DNA of 64,000 bases from Nitrospirota bacterium (GCA_963790205.1 CAWBNQ010000001.1:288001-352000), one strand, 5' to 3'; counted from the first letter of the stretch, positions 40,427-50,987 are shown. Notes: a model not told the origin generated them from the sequence alone. A program made the numbers and translations.

Positions 40427-41398
40427 ATGTACAAAGACAAGATACTGAACCTTCTGCGGCAATCCCGCTCCGGCTTTCTGTCCGGAGAAGAGCTGGCGAT
40501 GAAGCTCGGCATCTCGCGTACCATGGTATGGAAGCACATCAAAGCGCTGGAAGGCGAGGGGTTCGGGATCGAGGCAGTGCCGTCCCAGGGATACCGGATC
40601 ACCTCGGTGCCGGACCTTCTTCGGCAGGACGACATCAAGCGGGGGCTCAAGACACGGTCCATGGGCAAGGAAATTCACCTCTACGCCGAAGTCGTGTCCA
40701 CCAACATCCTGGCCATGGAGATGGCATCGAAAGGCGCTCCTGAAGGCACGGTGCTGATCGCCGAAACGCAGACGGGTGGGAAGGGCAGACTGGGAAGAAA
40801 ATGGATATCCCCAAAGGGTAATCTCTACTTCAGCGTGGTCCTGCGGCCGGACCTCCCGACGCACAAAGCACCGCTCCTTACGCTGATGGCGGCCGTGGCC
40901 GTGGCCTCGGCCATCAGAAAAACGTGCGGTGCGCAGGCCGTCATCAAGTGGCCGAATGATATTCTGGTATCCGGCAAAAAGGTCAGCGGCCTACTGACCG
41001 AAATGAGCGCCGAACCCGACCGGATCAGACACATCGCGCTCGGTATCGGCGTGGATGTGAACATGCCGCTCGGCGAGCTGCCTCCCGAGGTCCGCGAAGG
41101 CGCGACGACCCTTGCTGCGGAAGCAGGAAAGAAAATCGACCGGACGATGCTCCTTCAGCAGATCCTTCGTGAGCTTGACAGCAGATATCGGGTTTTGCTG
41201 CAGGACGAGGCCGAGGTATTAAGGGAGTGGGAAGAACTCAACGTGACCATCGGGAGAAGGGTATCGGTAAGCGGCCCGAGGGAAGCGCTGGAAGGCCTGG
41301 CGCAGGGGATTGATCGCGAAGGGAGACTTATCGTCAAGCTCGATGACGGCAGTCTTCGACAGGTCGCAGCGGGAGATGTGACGATCCTGAAAAAATAG
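40427..41398 (+). CDS. birA: Bifunctional biotin ligase/repressor
   Basis: N-terminal HTH, GKGRLGRKW, KWPND. Confidence 0.95.
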   Translation: MYKDKILNLLRQSRSGFLSGEELAMKLGISRTMVWKHIKALEGEGFGIEAVPSQGYRITSVPDLLRQDDIKRGLKTRSMGKEIHLYAEVVSTNILAMEMASKGAPEGTVLIAETQTGGKGRLGRKWISPKGNLYFSVVLRPDLPTHKAPLLTLMAAVAVASAIRKTCGAQAVIKWPNDILVSGKKVSGLLTEMSAEPDRIRHIALGIGVDVNMPLGELPPEVREGATTLAAEAGKKIDRTMLLQQILRELDSRYRVLLQDEAEVLREWEELNVTIGRRVSVSGPREALEGLAQGIDREGRLIVKLDDGSLRQVAAGDVTILKK

Positions 41399-41487
41399 TC
41401 GAGGGATAACCGCCGGCCGTCACCAGTCGGCAGTCATGACCCTTGACTGAAGACTTTCGACTGACGACCGAACACTTTGGAGGAACA

Positions 41488-42252
41488 ATGCTCTTAGCAA
41501 TCGACATCGGCAATACGAACGTGGTCCTCGGCGTGTTCGACCAGGAGAAGCTCGTCGAGAACTGGCGCGTGGGCACCAACACCCAGATCACGCCCGATGA
41601 GTACGCGATGATCTTCAAGGACCTGTTCGGCTTTGCGGGGCTCGAGTTCAAGCAGATCACAGGCGTCATCATCTCCACGGTCGTGCCGCCGCTCCTGCCG
41701 GTGATGATCGAGATGTCCAGGAAATATTTTCATCTCGAGCCCATGGTCGTGACGCACGAGCTCAAGACGGGCATCACCATGCGGTACGATAATCCGAAGG
41801 AGGTGGGCGCGGACCGGATCGTGAACGCCGCGGCCGCCTACAAGCTTTACGGCGGCCCGATCATCATTGTGGACTTCGGCACGGCCACGACGTTCTGCGC
41901 TGTCACGAAAAACGGCGAATACCTGGGGGGGGCCATCACGCCGGGCGTGAAAATATCGGCCGAGGCCCTGTTTCAGCGCGCATCGAAGCTGCCGCGGGTC
42001 GAGCTGGCGAAGCCTGCAAAGGTCATCGGCGCCGATACGATCAGCGCCATGCAGTCCGGGATCATCTATGGTTATGCCGGGCTGGTGGACGGTATCGTGG
42101 AGCGGATGAAGAAGGAGCTTTCGATGGAGGCCAAGGTGGTGGCAACAGGCGGCCTGGCGGACCTGGTCTCGCCGGAGACGAAAACGATCCAGGAAATAAG
42201 ACCACATCTGACCCTCGAAGGGCTGCGTCTTTTGTACGAGATAAACCGTTGA
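41488..42252 (+). CDS. coaX: Type III pantothenate kinase
   Basis: IDIGNTN, GADR, VDFGTATT. Confidence 0.95.
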   Translation: MLLAIDIGNTNVVLGVFDQEKLVENWRVGTNTQITPDEYAMIFKDLFGFAGLEFKQITGVIISTVVPPLLPVMIEMSRKYFHLEPMVVTHELKTGITMRYDNPKEVGADRIVNAAAAYKLYGGPIIIVDFGTATTFCAVTKNGEYLGGAITPGVKISAEALFQRASKLPRVELAKPAKVIGADTISAMQSGIIYGYAGLVDGIVERMKKELSMEAKVVATGGLADLVSPETKTIQEIRPHLTLEGLRLLYEINR

Positions 42253-42395
42253 AATATCAGACGGCTGTTCAATGCGTTCTCAAAGCTCTCTTGCTCCCTT
42301 CCCGAGAAAAATGGTATGCCTTGTTGGCACCCCACCTTGACGATTCACCTGTTTTATGATATTTTTGCTTTACTGAGTCTTTTTGGGGAGAGCGG

Positions 42396-42776
42396 ATGAA
42401 GATCCTTGTTGTTGACGACGAAGAAGGCGCACGGGAACTTTTTCATACCATACTGACCGATGAAGGCTACGAGGTTTCCCTCGCCAGCAGCGGCGAGGAA
42501 GCGCTCGCCCTGTTCAAGGCCAATGCTTTTCATCTCATCGTTACGGACATAAAGATGCCGGTGATGGACGGCCTGCAACTTTTGCAGGAGATCCGCAAGA
42601 CCGGCTCCAAGACCGACGTGATCATGGTCACCGCCTACGGCGAAGTGGAGAGCTACCTCAAGGCCATGAGCCTGGGCGCGGCGGAGTATATCAACAAGCC
42701 CATTCGCATCAAGGAACTCAAGCGGATCGTGCACAAGGTCCTGACGGAGCAGAAGGCGAGATCGGGTGGCAACTGA
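42396..42776 (+). CDS. Single-domain response regulator
   Basis: VVDD, TDIKMP, KP motifs. Confidence 0.9.
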   Translation: MKILVVDDEEGARELFHTILTDEGYEVSLASSGEEALALFKANAFHLIVTDIKMPVMDGLQLLQEIRKTGSKTDVIMVTAYGEVESYLKAMSLGAAEYINKPIRIKELKRIVHKVLTEQKARSGGN

Positions 42777-43801
42777 TGTCACGACTGCGCAAGGACCCCA
42801 TCGTAGGCCGATGGATCATTATCTCCAACGAACGGTCCAAGAAGCCCCAGGACTATTCTTTTGAAGAACCCATAGACGACGTCACCCCGGCCGAATGCCC
42901 GTTCTGCTCCGGCAACGAAGCAAAGACCCCCCCCGAGATCGCATCGTTCCGCGCCGAGAAGACCCTTCCCAATGCAACAGGCTGGTGGGTGCGCGTCATC
43001 CCGAGCAAGTTTCCGGTCCTCCATATCGAAGGCAGCCTCGAGCGCGAGGGGAGCGGCATCTACGATTGGATGAACGGCATCGGCGCTCATGAGATCATCG
43101 TCGAAAGCCCCGAGCACGCGCTCCGCCTCGAAGACCTGCCCGAGAGCCAGGTCGAGAAGGTCCTGTGGTCCTACCGCGACCGCATTCTCGACCTTGAGCG
43201 CGACAGCCGTCTCCGGTACGTGCTCGTTTTCAAGAACCAGGGCTGGACCGCCGGCTCGGTCCTGAACCATCCGCATTCCCAGATCATCGCCACGCCGGTC
43301 ATCCCCAAGTTCGTGAAGGAAAAGCTCGACGGCGCCAAGTCCTATTACGATTACAAGGAGCGCTGCATCTTCTGCGACATCATCAGGCAGGAGCTCTCGA
43401 GCCAGGAGCGCGTGGTCGAAGAGACGCGCCACTTTCTCGTCATCGTGCCCTATGCCCCCCGCTTTCCCTTCGAGACCTGGATCTACCCCAAGAAGCACCT
43501 CTGCTCCTACGTGGACATCACGAAGGAAGAGATCATGGATTTTGCGCGGACGCTCCGCACCACGCTGAAGCGTCTCAGCAAGGTGCTGAACAACCCGCCC
43601 TACAACTACATGCTCTATACCGCGCCGAACCGCGTGCCGCGCCGGGGCCACTGGCACACCCTGAACGACGACTTCCACTGGCACCTGGAGATCATGCCGC
43701 GGCTCACCCGCGTCGCGGGCTTCGAGTGGGGCTCGGGCTTCTACATCAACCCCACGCCGCCGGAAGAGGCGGCGAAGTATCTGCGGGACGTGAAGCTGTA
43801 A
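42776..43801 (+). CDS. galT: Galactose-1-phosphate uridylyltransferase family
   Basis: CPFC, HPHSQ, HWHLEI, AGFEWGSG. Confidence 0.92.
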   Translation: MSRLRKDPIVGRWIIISNERSKKPQDYSFEEPIDDVTPAECPFCSGNEAKTPPEIASFRAEKTLPNATGWWVRVIPSKFPVLHIEGSLEREGSGIYDWMNGIGAHEIIVESPEHALRLEDLPESQVEKVLWSYRDRILDLERDSRLRYVLVFKNQGWTAGSVLNHPHSQIIATPVIPKFVKEKLDGAKSYYDYKERCIFCDIIRQELSSQERVVEETRHFLVIVPYAPRFPFETWIYPKKHLCSYVDITKEEIMDFARTLRTTLKRLSKVLNNPPYNYMLYTAPNRVPRRGHWHTLNDDFHWHLEIMPRLTRVAGFEWGSGFYINPTPPEEAAKYLRDVKL

Positions 43802-43879
43802 ACCCCGGCGCCCTATCGAGCTAACTCCCCTGCGTCACTGCCAGCTTATCTGATAATGATTGTCCGTTTAGGTTTCCGC

Positions 43880-44215
43880 CGCAAAGGGCCGCCGCGAATA
43901 TGTTTACCGCAAGCGCTGAAATGAAAAACCCCGACATCCATCCCTGAAAACAGCACTGTCATCCGCAACGATATCCTATTGCCCAAAGGCCCCTTTTCCT
44001 GTATAGTCCTATTCGAAAGGGGCTTGCGGATTTGTCCGGACTTGCCGCTTTTCATCCGAACAATCCTCGAAACAGGCACCACGCCCCGAATCAAGCCGTC
44101 TGTATAGCCCGACTTTAAAGAGAAAATCATTTGAAACCCCATAGGCTGCGGCGCTCAACAGCTTAGTCCAACCAGCTTCTTTCTGGTAATGCGCACAGAA
44201 AGAGGCCTGAACATT
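43880..44215 (+). repeat. Diverged copy of the IS91-type transposase 3' tail, downstream non-coding region and right end
   Basis: Colinear similarity with 46593-46925 (KGPPRI codons through GCTTAGTCCAAC and the hairpin). Confidence 0.85.
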
Positions 44216-44543
44216 ATTTTAGAATTTCCGTGAGATATGCGCTTGCGAACATAACAAAAATAATGCAAGCAATTCCCTAGCGGGCATGTATTTTGCTAAA
44301 CTCTATAATTCCGGAAATCCAGAATTATAGAGGGGGCTACACAATTCCTTGTTGAACTAAGCCGCTGCGCGGCGGTGTTATTCGCATTCCAATAAGTCTC
44401 TCTACAATTCATCCCCGCATATCTCGATAGATTTTCTTCGTCTCGCTCCTTGCTTCATAATCCTGACCGTTCTACAATCTTCTTTCGCATCACCATCGGC
44501 GTCATGCCGTTGGAATTTCGATTCAACGGAAGGAGATTATGCA

Positions 44544-45401
44544 ATGGAAACGTTCAAAGAACAGATGCAGGGCGACATGGTGCTTCGAGGATTAGCCCCG
44601 AAGACGCAATCATTGTATCACCGGGCGGCGCGCGATATGGAACGCCATTTTAAAAAACCGCCCGACCTTTTGGAAGACGGCGATGTCAAAGCGTATCTGC
44701 TTTACCTCGTCCGGGATAAGAAGGTATCGCTATCCACCCTGAAGATAACTTACAGCGCGCTGCGGTTCCTCTATGAAACGACGCTGGGCAAAGGTTGGGT
44801 GATGGACAAGATTCCCTATCCGAAGACGACCAAGACACTTCCTATCGTTCTCGAACGGGAGGAGGTACAGGCCATGTTCGAAGCCACTCCCAGCCTGAAG
44901 CAGCGCGTGATGCTGATGGTGACCTACTCGGCAGGGCTCCGGGCGAGCGAGACCGCCCGGCTCAAGATCACGGACATCGACAGCAGCCGTATGCTGATAC
45001 GCGTGGACCAGGGCAAAGGCAAAAAAGACCGGTATACCCTTTTATCCCAGGTAGCGCTGGAAGCGCTTCGGGAATACTGGAAAGAATATAGACCGACGCA
45101 TTGGCTCTTTCCGGGAGAAAAGCCTGAAAACTACATTTCCATTAGCACCGTCCAAGAGGCGTTCAAACGCGCGAAGAAAAAAGCCGGCATCACGAAGCCG
45201 GCAAGTTGTCACACGCTTCGGCATAGCTTCGCCACACACCTGCTGGAGTCGGGAGCTGATCTGCACTATATTCAGCTTCTGCTCGGCCATGCGTCGGTGA
45301 GAACGACCACTATTTATCTCCACGTGAGCAAAAAGAACCTCTCAAAGATCGTGAGCCCTCTGGACTTAGGCCCCTTCTTAAATCCTCCACAAACCTCGTA
45401 G
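44544..45401 (+). CDS. Tyrosine recombinase (N-terminal SAM-like domain)
   Basis: GLRASE, KGKKDR, HTLRHSFATHLLE, LLGH, TTIYLH: full R-K-H-R-H-Y set. Confidence 0.95.
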   Translation: METFKEQMQGDMVLRGLAPKTQSLYHRAARDMERHFKKPPDLLEDGDVKAYLLYLVRDKKVSLSTLKITYSALRFLYETTLGKGWVMDKIPYPKTTKTLPIVLEREEVQAMFEATPSLKQRVMLMVTYSAGLRASETARLKITDIDSSRMLIRVDQGKGKKDRYTLLSQVALEALREYWKEYRPTHWLFPGEKPENYISISTVQEAFKRAKKKAGITKPASCHTLRHSFATHLLESGADLHYIQLLLGHASVRTTTIYLHVSKKNLSKIVSPLDLGPFLNPPQTS

Positions 45402-45422
45402 CCTGCACACGCGACACCCGCG

Positions 45423-46616
45423 GTGTACACGCGAGATAGCCTACAGATCGAAGTCGCGGACATCTTTCGCCGGTACGGTCCTCTTTACCGGAACGCTCAT
45501 CCCATGCCCTTGAATCGTCTTCGCGCCATGCGGGCGATCGAGACCTGCCGCACCGCCGACCAAGGCGGTCACGTGGACGAATGCGAGCACTGCGGGACAA
45601 AAGTGATCTCGTACAACTCCTGCAGAAACCGGCATTGCCCCAAGTGCCAGTTCCTTAAAAAAGAGCAGTGGATCGAGGCCCGGGAAGAAGACCTGCTTCC
45701 CATTCCTTACTTCCATGTCGTTTTTACCATCCCCGATAAACTCAATCCCCTTGTGCTCCGGAACCAGGAGGCCCTCTACGGGATCCTGTTCAAGGCCGTT
45801 TCGGAAACCCTGACGGAACTCTCGAATACGCAGAAACACTTGGGCGCGGAAATCGGTTTTATCTCGATCCTGCACACCTGGGGACAGAACCTTATGGATC
45901 ATCCGCATCTCCACAACATCGTCACCGGCGGCGGATTGTCCAAGGGCGGACGGAAATGGAAATCATGCAAGAATGGCTTTTTCCTTCCCGTCAAGGTCAT
46001 GTCGAAACTCTTTCGGGGGAAGTTTCTCGCTTATCTGAAAAAACTCCGTGCCGAGAACAAACTTGTCTACCCCGGCGTCGTAAGCCATCTTGCGTCGCCG
46101 GGAGTTTTCAAGGCCTTCATCGCCGATTTGTACAAGAAGCAGTGGGTCGTCTATTGTAAGCCGCCGTTCGACGGAACAAAAGGCGTTCTTGAGTATCTCG
46201 GCAGATACACCCACCGTATCGCGATCAGCAATCACCGGCTCGTGAAGATGATGGACGACAAGATCTCCTTCCGGTGGCGCGACTACGCGGACAGCAACAA
46301 AAGCAAGATCATGACCGTGGACGCCGATGAGTTCATCCGGCGGTTCCTGCTTCATGTCCTGCCCGACCGGTTTGTCAAAATCAGGCATTACGGTCTGTTG
46401 GGAAACAGATGCCGCAGAAAGAAACTCGACCAATGCAGAGAGCTTCTGGCCTGCGTTGATCAGAACGAGGCGGAGCAGAAGACTGAGACGTGGCAGGAAG
46501 CTTTGCTCAGGATCGCCGGCATTGACGTGGCCAAATGCCCTGCCTGCGGCGAACGCAGAATGCGCACAATCGAGATCATGCAGCCCGCGCGCTGCAAAGG
46601 ACCGCCGCGAATATGA
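45423..46616 (+). CDS. IS91 family (Y2 HUH) transposase
   Basis: Zn-binding C..C...SCRNRHCPKC, HUH motif HPHLH, YLGRY, C-terminal CPAC. Confidence 0.95.
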   Translation: MYTRDSLQIEVADIFRRYGPLYRNAHPMPLNRLRAMRAIETCRTADQGGHVDECEHCGTKVISYNSCRNRHCPKCQFLKKEQWIEAREEDLLPIPYFHVVFTIPDKLNPLVLRNQEALYGILFKAVSETLTELSNTQKHLGAEIGFISILHTWGQNLMDHPHLHNIVTGGGLSKGGRKWKSCKNGFFLPVKVMSKLFRGKFLAYLKKLRAENKLVYPGVVSHLASPGVFKAFIADLYKKQWVVYCKPPFDGTKGVLEYLGRYTHRIAISNHRLVKMMDDKISFRWRDYADSNKSKIMTVDADEFIRRFLLHVLPDRFVKIRHYGLLGNRCRRKKLDQCRELLACVDQNEAEQKTETWQEALLRIAGIDVAKCPACGERRMRTIEIMQPARCKGPPRI

Positions 46617-47113
46617 TTACCACAAGCACTGAAATGAACAACCCGACTCCGACATCCATCCCCGAAAAAAGTCACGTCTTTCGCAACGATACCCTATTGC
46701 CCAAAAGCCCTTTTTCCTGTATAGTCTTTTACGAAAGGGGCTTGCGGAGCAGTCCGGAATCGCCGCTTTTCACCCGAACAAGTCTCACGCCCCTGCCAAT
46801 GCTGTCTCCGCGGACTTCGTTTTAAGCTGACAAATCATTTGAAATCCCATAGCGACGTGGCGCGCAACGGCTTAGTCCAACCAGCTTCTTTCTGAATAAA
46901 GCGTTCAGAAAGAAGCCTTAACATTGGCTCCGGGATAAATCAACTCACCGCCAACCAGCAGTACAAGCTGACAATGACCGCTTAACTTCCAGAGGGAGGA
47001 GCGTGAGAATTACATATATGTTAATCTCGGCTTCTTCAGATTAGACAATCATAGTATTGCTCATGAGACAGTTTAAATATCCGGTGATTTGATTCACCCA
47101 GGAATGATGAAAA

Positions 47114-47377
47114 ATGAAATTATTTTTAGCGATAATTTTAATAGCCCTACTAGCTATTGGCGTAATCTTAGTTTCTCGTTGGATGTTTAGAGGAATCAAG
47201 TCAGAGAAAATCAGATTGTTCTTAATCATGTTTATGGGCTTCGCGATATTTTTTAAGGTCGGCATCATTTTAAGTTACTTTATTAGATCTCCTCACGTTT
47301 TAATTGCATTACCAATAGTTACCGGCAGTACAGGTGCCCTAATAGCATTCATTTCGTATAAATATCAGTCAAAATGA
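47114..47377 (+). CDS. AT-rich small membrane protein (cassette-like)
   Basis: 87 aa, 3 hydrophobic segments, much lower GC than flanks. Confidence 0.65.
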   Translation: MKLFLAIILIALLAIGVILVSRWMFRGIKSEKIRLFLIMFMGFAIFFKVGIILSYFIRSPHVLIALPIVTGSTGALIAFISYKYQSK

Positions 47378-47383
47378 AAATGC

Positions 47384-47442
47384 TTCCAACATGCGCATCC
47401 ACAGCGACGCGCCAAAGGCGGCGCGTGACGCGCGCGTTCAAT
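47384..47442 (+). other. attC-like recombination site (59 bp)
   Basis: TTCCAAC ... GTTCAAT; inner boxes GCGCATCCAC / GTGACGCGC with one unpaired base; GC-rich central stem; 7 bp after a stop codon. Confidence 0.6.
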
Positions 47443-47479
47443 GTCTTTTGGAACTCTTGATATCGGAAGGTACACAGAG

Positions 47480-48109
47480 ATGGGAATAACAATATACGCG
47501 TCGGGGAAAATTAACAGCATAGACGACATTCCGCGTTTGATCGACGACCTGAAAGGGGCCTCCGAGGAATGCGATTGGAAATATCACATCATAAATGACG
47601 ACTTTGCCGTGCAGCCGAACGCGGCATTGGCTCCGTACAATGCGAGCGATCGTGCGATCACGATAGAAGGGTCCCTCGGGTTGAAAGGGATCATTTTGAA
47701 CGTGGATCCGAAAGCGGAGCCGTTCGCCGTCTTGTTCGATTGCAACGGAGTGCTGACGGACATGATGCAGCAGCTGTCCTGGATCAACGACAATGAGCAG
47801 GGAGAACGTTTTACCTCTTGCAAGATGCAGTTTGCGGACATCGACGCTCACATCCACATTGTTGAACTCCTGGACAGTCTCAAGAAGAAATATATTTCAG
47901 ACCTCTTCGTGAGCGATGAAGGCGCATATTGGGAGAGTCGCGAACGCAGGCTGTTGGCGGAAAAACGGGTCGCCCTGGGGCACTACCTGCGCCATGCCGA
48001 AAAGGTGATCGGCAGCATCGAGGTTTCAAGCGCCGCCGCTCGTGACGCCGAAAGTATTGCCGCGCGGATCGAGGAGGCGTTGCTGAAATCGGAGAAGGAA
48101 GACGGATAA
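47480..48109 (+). CDS. Hypothetical protein
   Basis: Clean ORF MGITIYASG..., VSDEGAYW motif. Confidence 0.75.
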   Translation: MGITIYASGKINSIDDIPRLIDDLKGASEECDWKYHIINDDFAVQPNAALAPYNASDRAITIEGSLGLKGIILNVDPKAEPFAVLFDCNGVLTDMMQQLSWINDNEQGERFTSCKMQFADIDAHIHIVELLDSLKKKYISDLFVSDEGAYWESRERRLLAEKRVALGHYLRHAEKVIGSIEVSSAAARDAESIAARIEEALLKSEKEDG

Positions 48110-48125
48110 TACCTTTCGCAGCGTC

Positions 48126-48356
48126 TCATAGACCGGCCTGATAGGACAGGACGTCTTCCGCTTCCTTGTTGAGCTTTGCCGATTTTTTGTTGAGGATTTC
48201 AAGGTCGGCGAGGTCGCGTTTTCTGTGAACCCTGCGTTCGATATACTCCCTGACGGCTTTTTCAATAAATTGCGACGTGTACATTTTGCCGCCGAAATCC
48301 TCGTTGATGTTCTTCATCAACTTTGAGTCGAGCGTTATGGAAATCTTAATTTTCAT
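48126..48356 (-). CDS. Ribbon-helix-helix (CopG-like) antitoxin
   Basis: KIKISITL...SQFIEKAVREY. Confidence 0.7.
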   Translation of the reverse strand: MKIKISITLDSKLMKNINEDFGGKMYTSQFIEKAVREYIERRVHRKRDLADLEILNKKSAKLNKEAEDVLSYQAGL

Positions 48357-48424
48357 AGTATGAATATACTACCCAATATCTACCGTATCAAGCATTCCTT
48401 GGCAGTGTTTCTCTCCCACCTTTG

Positions 48425-50363
48425 CTACTTCGACTGCGCCCTCGTATAGTTCAACATCCCGCCTGCAAGCAGGATATCCCGCTGCCTCGCGCTGAGCGAG
48501 GACTTGAGCGTAATATTCTTGCCACCCGAGGTCTTCAATACGAAGTCCGCGCCCTTCGCAAGGACTGCCTTGATGTCCCTGATCTCGACCTTATCGTTCG
48601 CGCCAACTGCATCATAGTCCGCCTCGTTCGCAAAGGTGAGCGGCAGGATGCCGAAGTTGATGAGGTTGGCAGCGTGGATGCGCTCGAAGGATTTGGCGAT
48701 AACGGCCTTGACTCCCAGATACATGGGGCAGATGGCTGCGTGCTCCCGGCTTGATCCCTGGCCGTAGCTTGCTCCGGCGATGACGATATTGTGGATTCCC
48801 GCCTTTTTGTTCTCAAGCGCCTTCTTCGAGAACGCCGCGTCAACGCCCTCGAATACGAACTCGGCGTACTTCGGGAATGTTCGACCGGTATTTCAACCGT
48901 GATCCGGCCGGCATGATATGGTCGGTGGTGATCTTATCGCCGACCTTGATCGCGACCATGCCTTTGATCGTTTCCCGAAGCGGCTCGGCAGCGGGTGGGT
49001 CGCCGATGTTCGGGCCGCGGTAGACCGTGACGGAAAGCGGGTCTTTCGACGGCGGCAAAATCATGCTGTCGTCGATCCAGAACTGGTCCGTTATTGCAAC
49101 GCTCGGATAGGGAATGCCGAGGTCGCGGGGGTCGGTGATCCCGCCGGTGAGGGCAGCGGCCACGGCGCTTTCAGGGCTCGCGAGATAGACTTTCGCGCTT
49201 TTTGTGCCTGAACGTCCCTCGAAATTCCGGTTGCTCGTCCTGATCGAGACGGCGTCGGTCTTCGGGGCCTGGCCGGCGCCGATGCAGAAACCGCAGGTAG
49301 CTTCGAGCACCCGCGCGCCGGAGGAGATGATGTCGGCCAGCGCGCCGTTTTTGGCGATCATCTCGAGGACCTGGCGCGAGCCGGGGGCCACGCCGAAGCT
49401 TACGTTCGGGAAAACCCTTCTGCCTTTGAGCATCGAGGCCACGATCATCAGATCGCGATACGATGAATTCGTGCAGGAGCCGACCATGACCTGGTCGACC
49501 TGTGTGCCGGCAAGCTCCTTCACCGTCCCGATATTGTCCGGAGAATGCGGCTTGGCCATGAGCGGTTCGACCTTGCCGAGGTCGAGCTCGATTACCCGGT
49601 CGTACTTCGCATCGGGATCGGCCAAAAGCTCAGTCCACTCGGCGTCTCTGCGCTGGGCTTTCAGAAACGCTCGTGTTACCTCATCGCTCGGGAAGATCGA
49701 CGTGGTGACGCCGAGTTCGGCGCCCATATTGGTGATCGTTGCGCGCTCGGGCACGGTAAGCGACTTCACCCCTTCGCCCCCGTATTCGATCACGCTTCCC
49801 ACGTTGCCTTTGGTCGTGAGCATTCGGAGGATCGTGAGAATGACGTCCTTGGCCGAAACCCACGGCTGAAGCCTGCCGATCAGATTCACCTTGACGACCC
49901 GGGGACAGGTAAGATAGAAGGGCCCGCCGCCCATTGCCACTGCCACATCGAGACCGCCCGCGCCGATGGCGATCATGCCGATGCCTCCACCGGTGGGCGT
50001 ATGAGAATCGGAGCCCAAAAGCGTCCCGCCCGGCCGTCCGAAGCGCTCGAGATGGACCTGATGGCAGATGCCGTTTCCCGCCTTCGAATAGTAGATGCCG
50101 TAGCGCGACGCCACGGTCTGTAGATAGCGGTGGTCGTCGGCGTTCTCGAATCCGTCCTGAAGCGTGTTGTGGTCCACGTAGCTCACCGAGAGCTCCGTCT
50201 TGGCCCGCGGAACGCCCATGGCCTCGAATTGAAGATACGTCATGGTGCCGGTCGCGTCCTGGGTCAGCGTCTGGTCGACCCTGATCGCAATCTCAGTCCC
50301 GGCTTCGAGCCTGCCTTCGGCCAGATGGGCTTCCAGAATTTTGTAAACGAGGTTCTTTCCCAT
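48425..50363 (-). CDS. Aconitate hydratase (apparent +1 frameshift near 48874)
   Basis: QDATG, DHN, GSDSHT, GSCTN, CGFCIG, SNRNFEGR, TTDHI; GQGSSREH and C-terminus in another frame. Confidence 0.9.
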
Positions 50364-50561
50364 GCGGAGACTCCTTCGTAAGATGAAACGTCCGCGACAT
50401 TATATTTCAAGAGCAGGGATAAGGCAACTGGAAATTGCTTCACCGCGTCCGTCTTGACACGAGCCGCCCTGCAAAGATAAAAAAAATGTGCTATAGTAAT
50501 TCCATGTGACTTCGGCAGCTACAACCATTTCCCATCTTAGACAGGGCAAAGGAGGCGCAGC

Positions 50562-50987
50562 ATGGTACAGAAAGCGAGTCCCAAACTCACGGAGCTCTTA
50601 AACAAGGCAATAGCAGGGGAACTGCAGGCAATCGTTCAGTATATGTGGCATCATGTCATGGTGAAGGGCATGAACGCCGGATCCCTTTCCGGTGTATTCG
50701 ACAAGGTAGCCATGGACGAGATGAAGCATGCCGAAAAGATCGCCGAGAGGCTGTTCTATTTCGACGTGAACCCCACGACCAAGCCGAACCCGATCGCAAC
50801 GGGCGGCGACCCCACCCAGATGCTCAAGGCCGACACCACGGCAGAGGAAGAGGCGATCGCTCTGTATAAGGACATCATCAAACAGGCCGCTTCGGAGGGC
50901 GATGAGACCACGCGGCTCCTTTTTGAGGAGATCCTTTCCGAGGAAGAAGGCCACCACGATACGTTTACCACGCTTTTGGGACAGTAA
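50562..50987 (+). CDS. Bacterioferritin/ferritin-like protein
   Basis: ELQAIVQY, DEMKHAE, EEEA, EEEGHH di-iron motifs. Confidence 0.88.
   Translation: MVQKASPKLTELLNKAIAGELQAIVQYMWHHVMVKGMNAGSLSGVFDKVAMDEMKHAEKIAERLFYFDVNPTTKPNPIATGGDPTQMLKADTTAEEEAIALYKDIIKQAASEGDETTRLLFEEILSEEEGHHDTFTTLLGQ

Larger units (their letters stand above)
44301..46925 (+). mobile_element. Tyrosine recombinase + IS91-type HUH transposase element
   Basis: Two-gene unit; 20-bp IRs at 44351-44370 and 46862-46881 (18/20), each with an outer hairpin; boundaries approximate. Confidence 0.75.

Noticed and set aside
44544..45401. Integron integrase IntI
   Set aside because: 285 aa and lacks the IntI-specific insertion between patches II and III; it is also co-oriented with the downstream genes.
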